A stretch of DNA of 64,000 bases, from contig JAHJHG010000009.1 in the NCBI GenBank assembly GCA_018823885.1, positions 783 to 64,782 on the forward strand. The letters are read 5' to 3'. This document shows, one piece after another, positions 58,034-64,000 of this stretch (within the stretch, counting starts at the first letter, position 1; every line of letters starts with the position of its first letter). Source of the DNA: Patescibacteria group bacterium (GTDB lineage: Bacteria; Patescibacteriota; Microgenomatia; UBA8517). Under the pieces are notes generated by a model. The model did not search any database and was not told the origin of the DNA. It saw nothing but the letters and a program-made list of their open reading frames with translations. Position numbers and translations under genes: made by a program.

Positions 58034-58491
58034 AAATACAAAAAGGGTTTACTTTAGTTGAAATACTGGTTGTTATTGTTCTTCTTGCAATTATTGCGGT
58101 TATTGTCATTGCAACCATTAATCCTCTTGAGCAATTACGGCGCGCCAAAGATTCCGCCCGCGAACAAAATGCGGAAACCTTGCTCAGTGCGATAAATAGA
58201 TATCAGGTGACACGCGAAGAGAACCCTGAAGTACTTGACTCGACAGATTCTATTTCCTGCGAAGAGATTGCTCAGGGGGCTCCTGTTTACGAAGCGGATT
58301 CTTTAGAGAGTGAGCTATCATCTTGGTTCTTAAAACACATTACACAGACGGGTTCGGAGATTTATGTAGGTTTTAATGAAGAAGGAAATGTCAAAATTTG
58401 CTATCAAGTCGAGTCTTCTGTTAGTAAATCCAAAATTTCCGATGGAGGATGTAGTGTTTCTCCTTTTTTCTACATGTGTCTTCCAAGATAG
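58030..58491 (+). CDS. Type IV pilin-like protein (prepilin N-methylation motif)
   Basis: KG|FTLVEILVVIVLLAII, A.DS.R. Confidence 0.85.
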   Translation: MKIQKGFTLVEILVVIVLLAIIAVIVIATINPLEQLRRAKDSAREQNAETLLSAINRYQVTREENPEVLDSTDSISCEEIAQGAPVYEADSLESELSSWFLKHITQTGSEIYVGFNEEGNVKICYQVESSVSKSKISDGGCSVSPFFYMCLPR

Positions 58492-58530
58492 AGTTCACAC
58501 TCTAAGAAAAGCTGATATAATTTTTAGCGC

Positions 58531-61467
58531 ATGACGAAGTCTGTTGGAACAAAAAAGTTAAATAAAGAACAACTAGAGGCCATTAAATACAAAGGCGGAC
58601 CGCTTTTGATTATAGCCGGAGCAGGAACTGGGAAAACCACAGTAATAACAGAAAGAATAAAATATTTACTTCTTTCAAAGAAAGTTAAACCTTCAGAGAT
58701 ATTGGCACTAACTTTCACTGAAAAGGCTTCTCGTGAAATGGAAGAGAGAGTGGATGTGGTGATGCCCTATGGGTATACACAGATGTGGATATCTACCTTT
58801 CACTCATTTTGTGATCGGATTTTAAGGAAAGAAGCTTTGCATATTGGGCTTGATCCGAAATTCAGATTAATGACCCAAATATCATCTATTCAATTTGTTC
58901 GTAAAAATTTATTTGCTTTTGATTTAAAATATTTTAGGCCGCTAGGGAATCCCACAAAGTTTGTTTCTGGAATGTTACAGCACTTTTCTAGATTGCAAGA
59001 TGAGGACATAACTCCACAGGAGTACCTAAGATATGCAAAAAAAATTGCCAAGAAAAAGATGACAAGTGATGAGAAGATGGAGGCAAAAAAAATAATGGAG
59101 TTGGCCAAAGCATATATGGCTTATAACGAGTTGAAAATAAAGGAGGGGTTGATGGACTTTGGTGACCTGATTGTAAAGACACTAGTACTTTTCAGACAAA
59201 GACAAAATATATTGGCTAATTACCAAAAACAATTTAAACATATATTAGTAGATGAATTTCAAGACACAAATCATGCTCAAAATGAATTAGCGATACTTCT
59301 TGCTGGGAAAAGCAAAAATATAACAGTAACGGGAGACGATGACCAAAGTATTTATCGATTTCGGGGCGCTGCCGTTTCAAACATTATTCATTTTAAAAAA
59401 GCTTATCCAAAAGCAAAGGTTGTTGTCTTAACAAAAAATTATCGCTCAACCCAAGAAATACTTGATAAGGCATACGTCATGATCCAACACAATAACCCTG
59501 ATAGGCTTGAAGCGGTTGAAAAAATTGATAAGCGGCTGATTTCCCAGCGAAAACTAAGAGGAGACGATATTCGATTTATTCATGCGGATAGAGTGGAAAA
59601 TGAAGCAGACCAGGTTGTAAAAGAAATTATTGAATTAACAGAAGAAGGAAAATATGATTACAAAGACTTTGCAATTTTAGTTCGTGCAAACAACCATTCG
59701 GAGCCTTTTATGCATGCACTTTCAAGACAGGGATTGCCCTATCAATTTTTAGGCCCCGGTAGGCTTTTTAAGCAACCCGAAGTAATTGATCTTATTTCAT
59801 ATCTTAAAGTTCTCTATAATTTCGAAGATTCTGTTGCTTTTTATAGATTGTTATCGATTGACTACTTTGATATTTTTCCTCGGGATTTAATAAAAATCGG
59901 TAATTATGCGAGAAGATTTAATCTTTCCATTTTTGAAACATGCGAGAAGATTGATAGTATTTTTGTCACACCAGAAACTAAACGAAAGATTAAAAAACTC
60001 ACAGCAATAGTGAATAAGCATTTAAAATTGGCGGGAAGCGAAACAGCTGGTCAACTTGTTTACTATTTCTTGGAAGAGACGGGTCTCTTACAAAGACTTC
60101 TTAAAACAGATACGCTTGGGATTGAAAAAAAAGCGCGAAATATATCCAAGTTTTTCGATAAATTAAAAACATATGAAACAGATAACGAAGACGCATCGGT
60201 GAGAGCTGTAGTTGACTGGATTGATTTATCAAGCGAGCTAGGAGAATCTCCTTTAGCGACGGATGTCGATTGGGGTGAGGTAGATGCAATTAATATTCTT
60301 ACCGTTCATTCTAGTAAGGGACTGGAATTTCCAGTTGTTTTCTTGGTTAATTTAGTCGGTCAGAGATTTCCGACTGTTGAGAGGCGCGAGCAAATTCCTA
60401 TACCAGATACACTAATAAAGGAGATATTACCGGTCGGTGATTATCACATTGAAGAAGAGAGAAGGCTTTTTTATGTTGGTATGACAAGGGCAAAAGATTT
60501 GATTTTCTTTACAGCGGCTGATTATTATGGTGAAGGAAAGAGAGGGAAAAAGCTTTCCCCCTTTATTTTTGAGGCACTTGGGGATTCTGCTGTTTCGGCA
60601 GAGCTAGCGACAGAAAAACACGAACAACTTTCGTTTATAGACTACAAATCTATTGACAACCAGGAGTCAGACTCAAAAATTATCAAGGACAAACAGGAGA
60701 AAATTCATGTTGATTATCTTTCTTATTCTCAAATTGAAACATTTAGGATTTGTCCACTTCATTACAAGTTAAAATATCTTTATAAAATTCCAACACCCTT
60801 TAGTGCTCCTTTGAGTTTCGGGATTTCGATGCACGCTGCTCTCAAGGACTTTTATATTGGTATTAAAAGGGGACAAAGACAAAACGAAAAGCTAATACTC
60901 TCCGCGCTCAAAGATAACTGGATGAGTGAGGGCTATAGAAGCAAATTACATGAGAAGAAGATGTTAGACAAAGGGATAAAATTTCTTTCAGATTATTATA
61001 AAAAGGAATTTAACTCCAAAATAATACCAGCGTCATTGGAAGAATCTTTCGTTGTTCCACTACGTGTACCCAAAGGAGAAAGGCCACTGAAAATTGGAGG
61101 CAAGATGGATAGAGTAGACATTCTTTCTGGTGGGAAGATTGAAATTGTGGATTACAAAACTGGCGCTAAAGCTCTAAATCAAAAAGAAGTGGATCGTGAT
61201 CCTCAGCTTACCTTCTATGCTCTTGCAGCGGCAAATATTAACGAAGAACCTTTTGGCAAAGGTCCCGACAAGATAATGTTAACTCTCTACTATTTGGATG
61301 GCCAGAAAAAGATTTCCACAACGAGAACGAGAAAACAATTAGAAGATGCAAAAAAGGAGATATTTATTTGGCGAGATAAAATAGAAAAATCAGATTTTGA
61401 GTGCTCAGGTCACATATTTTGTCAGACTTGTGAATATGCGCTACTTTGCAGGGCGGACAGTAGATAG
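58531..61467 (+). CDS. UvrD/PcrA-family helicase fused to RecB-type PD-(D/E)XK nuclease
   Basis: AGAGTGKT, VDEFQD, GDDDQSIYRFRGA, KGLEF, EERRLFYVGMTRA; C-terminal GKMDRVD...VDYKTG...QL..Y plus Cys cluster. Confidence 0.9.
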   Translation: MTKSVGTKKLNKEQLEAIKYKGGPLLIIAGAGTGKTTVITERIKYLLLSKKVKPSEILALTFTEKASREMEERVDVVMPYGYTQMWISTFHSFCDRILRKEALHIGLDPKFRLMTQISSIQFVRKNLFAFDLKYFRPLGNPTKFVSGMLQHFSRLQDEDITPQEYLRYAKKIAKKKMTSDEKMEAKKIMELAKAYMAYNELKIKEGLMDFGDLIVKTLVLFRQRQNILANYQKQFKHILVDEFQDTNHAQNELAILLAGKSKNITVTGDDDQSIYRFRGAAVSNIIHFKKAYPKAKVVVLTKNYRSTQEILDKAYVMIQHNNPDRLEAVEKIDKRLISQRKLRGDDIRFIHADRVENEADQVVKEIIELTEEGKYDYKDFAILVRANNHSEPFMHALSRQGLPYQFLGPGRLFKQPEVIDLISYLKVLYNFEDSVAFYRLLSIDYFDIFPRDLIKIGNYARRFNLSIFETCEKIDSIFVTPETKRKIKKLTAIVNKHLKLAGSETAGQLVYYFLEETGLLQRLLKTDTLGIEKKARNISKFFDKLKTYETDNEDASVRAVVDWIDLSSELGESPLATDVDWGEVDAINILTVHSSKGLEFPVVFLVNLVGQRFPTVERREQIPIPDTLIKEILPVGDYHIEEERRLFYVGMTRAKDLIFFTAADYYGEGKRGKKLSPFIFEALGDSAVSAELATEKHEQLSFIDYKSIDNQESDSKIIKDKQEKIHVDYLSYSQIETFRICPLHYKLKYLYKIPTPFSAPLSFGISMHAALKDFYIGIKRGQRQNEKLILSALKDNWMSEGYRSKLHEKKMLDKGIKFLSDYYKKEFNSKIIPASLEESFVVPLRVPKGERPLKIGGKMDRVDILSGGKIEIVDYKTGAKALNQKEVDRDPQLTFYALAAANINEEPFGKGPDKIMLTLYYLDGQKKISTTRTRKQLEDAKKEIFIWRDKIEKSDFECSGHIFCQTCEYALLCRADSR

Positions 61468-62136
61468 TCTTTTTCGGACGGCATCACTTCTTAGTTCTCG
61501 GAGAGCATCGTTTGCGATCCAGCGGGCGGATTTGGACTCCCTTTTTTGTATTACCGACGCTATCTTGATTGCCTCTTTATTTAAATTCTTATTTCTTTTT
61601 CCAATTTGCCTTAAGGCCCAGTTAACAGCCTTTTTTACGTAATTTCTTTCATCCGTTGACTCTCTCTTTATGGAGGGAAAGAATTTAATAAATTTATTAT
61701 TATTTGCCTCTTTATCGTGCCACGCAAGACATGCCATTAATGCAAATCCGGCTCGTTTTTCAAATTCCTCTTTTCGCTTGGTCCACTCAATAGCTTTTTT
61801 AAAAGCATAAGGTGTTTTGTCAAATAAATTCGCGCAGACTTGGTCACAAACATCCCAAGAATCAAATCCTTTTATCCAGGAATCCATTTGTTTTTGAGTT
61901 ACCTTGTCCACCTCGTCAATCATACCAGCCAGTATTCGCGCTTCGTGAATTTCGGATTTCCAAAGCTGAAGAGCCAACTTATGGTTTTTACCAATATTTT
62001 TTGCTAATTCTCGCAGGTTGGGTATAGAAATACCCAGGGCTTTATCTGGCCTAATTCCAAACCTTGCCATTCCTTTGATGCTTTTGGGATTAGATAGCTT
62101 TTTTAGTTTTTTTAAGACCTCTTCGATTTTTTCCAT
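61441..62136 (-). CDS. DNA alkylation repair protein (AlkD-like)
   Basis: LW....HEAR, SWDVCD, DERNYVKKAVNWALRQIGKR. Confidence 0.85.
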   Translation of the reverse strand: MEKIEEVLKKLKKLSNPKSIKGMARFGIRPDKALGISIPNLRELAKNIGKNHKLALQLWKSEIHEARILAGMIDEVDKVTQKQMDSWIKGFDSWDVCDQVCANLFDKTPYAFKKAIEWTKRKEEFEKRAGFALMACLAWHDKEANNNKFIKFFPSIKRESTDERNYVKKAVNWALRQIGKRNKNLNKEAIKIASVIQKRESKSARWIANDALRELRSDAVRKRLSTVRPAK

Positions 62137-62957
62137 TTTTTAAACACTTCTATTAAGTGTATTTTAGTGAAAACTCCCGGATATTCAACTTCGTGTCCGC
62201 CGAAAGATTTTTTGAAATGACTAAAACCTTGCCAGCTTTTATTAGGAAATCTTTCGTCATAGATTCCTTCAAAATCAAGAATTTTTGATCCTTTGGCTTT
62301 TGACTTCAATATTCCTTCCCAAATTATTTTGTATTGAGCCAGGTTTTTCCTACCTTCTTTATTCGAAAAGGCTTGCCAATAGTAGGCAATTCTATCTCCA
62401 ATAAGAAATATTGCTCCAGCGGAATTGTCTTTTGTTATTAGGAATAACGCCTTGTCACCAAAAGTATTTTTAAGCGCCATTAGATGTGGAAGAGGGGGAA
62501 CATAGCGCTTTTTATTGACAGCCTTTTTCCAAGCATTTCTAAATCTCTCAATATCTTTTAACTGGAGTTCCGATATAGATGGCTGGTTATTTTTACGGAT
62601 AGCAAGCCTTGCGTCCTTTTTTAATCCTTGTTTTAATTCCTCATTTGTTTTTGTCAAATCAAGGTGCAATGTTTTTGTTGGAAGGAATGGGCTTTTTGAT
62701 TCTTTATATTTGTTTGCTGTTAGAAATTTGACATCAAGCTTGTTTTTAGGCTCAATTATTATTTGAAAGGCGTTGTGTTCCATTGCCAGTTTCTCTATTT
62801 TTTTGAGGGGGATTGTTTCTGGTCTCTGGACTTTAATAATAGAACCAATCACAGGAATGTTTTTGATAAAACAACTTACGTGGTTTAGTTGAACCACTTG
62901 CCAGCCAGTTTTGCGCAAGTACTTTGCGTACTTGGGAGTTTGTCTTATATCGATCAT
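62112..62957 (-). CDS. FemAB/GNAT-family peptidoglycan bridge protein
   Basis: T..LDL, R.AIRK, LDFEG, GFSHFKKSFGG. Confidence 0.75.
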   Translation of the reverse strand: MIDIRQTPKYAKYLRKTGWQVVQLNHVSCFIKNIPVIGSIIKVQRPETIPLKKIEKLAMEHNAFQIIIEPKNKLDVKFLTANKYKESKSPFLPTKTLHLDLTKTNEELKQGLKKDARLAIRKNNQPSISELQLKDIERFRNAWKKAVNKKRYVPPLPHLMALKNTFGDKALFLITKDNSAGAIFLIGDRIAYYWQAFSNKEGRKNLAQYKIIWEGILKSKAKGSKILDFEGIYDERFPNKSWQGFSHFKKSFGGHEVEYPGVFTKIHLIEVFKKWKKSKRS

Positions 62958-62960
62958 GAT

Positions 62961-63947
62961 TTAGAATTTTGGGCGGGTGAATGAGAGTTTTGTCTTGGAA
63001 CGAAGAAGCATCCACCTAAGTATTTCGGCGGCGCGGTATAGATAATAGAAGGAGCTAGTGACCAAATCCCAGGTGCCCAAAAATTCAATAACTTTTGGAT
63101 TATATCCTTCCTTGAAGCGTGTAAATCCTTTTCCTGGTTCTCTTCCCCATAGATCAAAAGTTTTAAGGCCTAATTTTTTCCCGTATCTTATTGCTTCCCA
63201 CATAACTAGATTGTTTGCCATTACGTTTTTATGTTTGTTGGCAGAGGCTCCATAAGGGTAATAAAGAAAATCTTTCCAGACGAAGACGATCCATGTTGTT
63301 ATAATTTCTCCTTTATAATGGGCGGTAAGAAGTCTGGCTATAGGTTTTTCACCTTTGTTGACCATATCTTTATGCAATGTTTTCCACATAAGACGATGAT
63401 ATTTCTCGCTATGTGCGTAGAATCCTTGTCGCTTAACTGTTTCTTTGGTTAGTTTTATATATTTTTCAAAAGCCTTATCTGAATTGTCTTCACGAACCAC
63501 AACTCCTTTTCGTTGAGCCAGGCGAATGTTATATCGAGTTTTGGATTGAAAGCTTCTCATGAGAGCTTCTTCATTTTTTGTCAGGTCGATCCAAAAACTT
63601 GTGGGAGTAAAAAGAGTTTTTCCGTGGACGGCGCCATTTTGCTTCAAGAGCTTTACTGATTTTTGGTTTTTTGATGCATTGGGCTCTAACTTAATAAATA
63701 TTAGCTTTTCCTTTTTGCTTAACATCTTAAGGTCGTCGAGAATCTTTTTGGTGGGGACAGGACCTTTAATAAACATACCAATTTTGTATGGGATAAGAGG
63801 CAACTTATGAATCGTTAGTTGCCCGTAATCCGTTCGAATGATTTCATTTCCCCATTTCTTTCGAAACCCCCCCCATTCCCAAGCTTGCAAGGGGTGTGAG
63901 GCGGACTTATTGAAAGATTCTTTTTTATCGGGTTTCTTTTTTATCAT
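62961..63947 (-). CDS. FemA/FemB/FemX-family lipid II aminoacyltransferase
   Basis: HPLQAWEWG.F, KTRYNIRLA.RKGV, YPYGAS, FDLWG, GFTRFKEG. Confidence 0.88.
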   Translation of the reverse strand: MIKKKPDKKESFNKSASHPLQAWEWGGFRKKWGNEIIRTDYGQLTIHKLPLIPYKIGMFIKGPVPTKKILDDLKMLSKKEKLIFIKLEPNASKNQKSVKLLKQNGAVHGKTLFTPTSFWIDLTKNEEALMRSFQSKTRYNIRLAQRKGVVVREDNSDKAFEKYIKLTKETVKRQGFYAHSEKYHRLMWKTLHKDMVNKGEKPIARLLTAHYKGEIITTWIVFVWKDFLYYPYGASANKHKNVMANNLVMWEAIRYGKKLGLKTFDLWGREPGKGFTRFKEGYNPKVIEFLGTWDLVTSSFYYLYRAAEILRWMLLRSKTKLSFTRPKF

Positions 63948-64000
63948 ATTCGACCTAATTGTTGATATTGTAACATGTCAGACTCATGGTATAATGCGGG

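Noticed and set aside
1-64000. CRISPR array or rRNA genes
   Set aside because: No regularly spaced repeats or rRNA-like sequence seen; the window is almost fully coding.

Overview
Origin-spanning chromosomal window of a small-genome bacterium. The gene content (T4SS-pilin array, DUF4012, PEGA, compact ValRS/MetRS, tandem FemAB) points to Patescibacteria/CPR, probably Microgenomates; this is inference. Left arm: comF, tmRNA (ssrA), smpB, membrane proteins and a SpoIID/LytB hydrolase. These are followed by a ~17 kb non-mobile type IV secretion-like locus with 8 tandem VirB2/TrbC-like pilins, a Cys-rich lysozyme-like protein, VirB6-like, PrgI, VirB4, a CHAP-domain membrane protein and an Ig-like protein. 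Two orphan genes interrupt this locus, which ends tail-to-tail with dnaN. Centre: dnaN, oriC (DnaA-trios and DnaA boxes), dnaA, rpmH, rnpA, yidD, yidC, jag. Right arm: housekeeping genes (rnhA, rplY, valS, tsaD, groES/EL with CIRCE, metG, rmuC, UvrD-nuclease) and an envelope glycosylation cluster. It also holds a tRNA-Cys / free-standing LAGLIDADG / M23 peptidase unit with an orphan CIRCE and a structured 5' leader. All calls were made by eye from motifs; no database searches were run.
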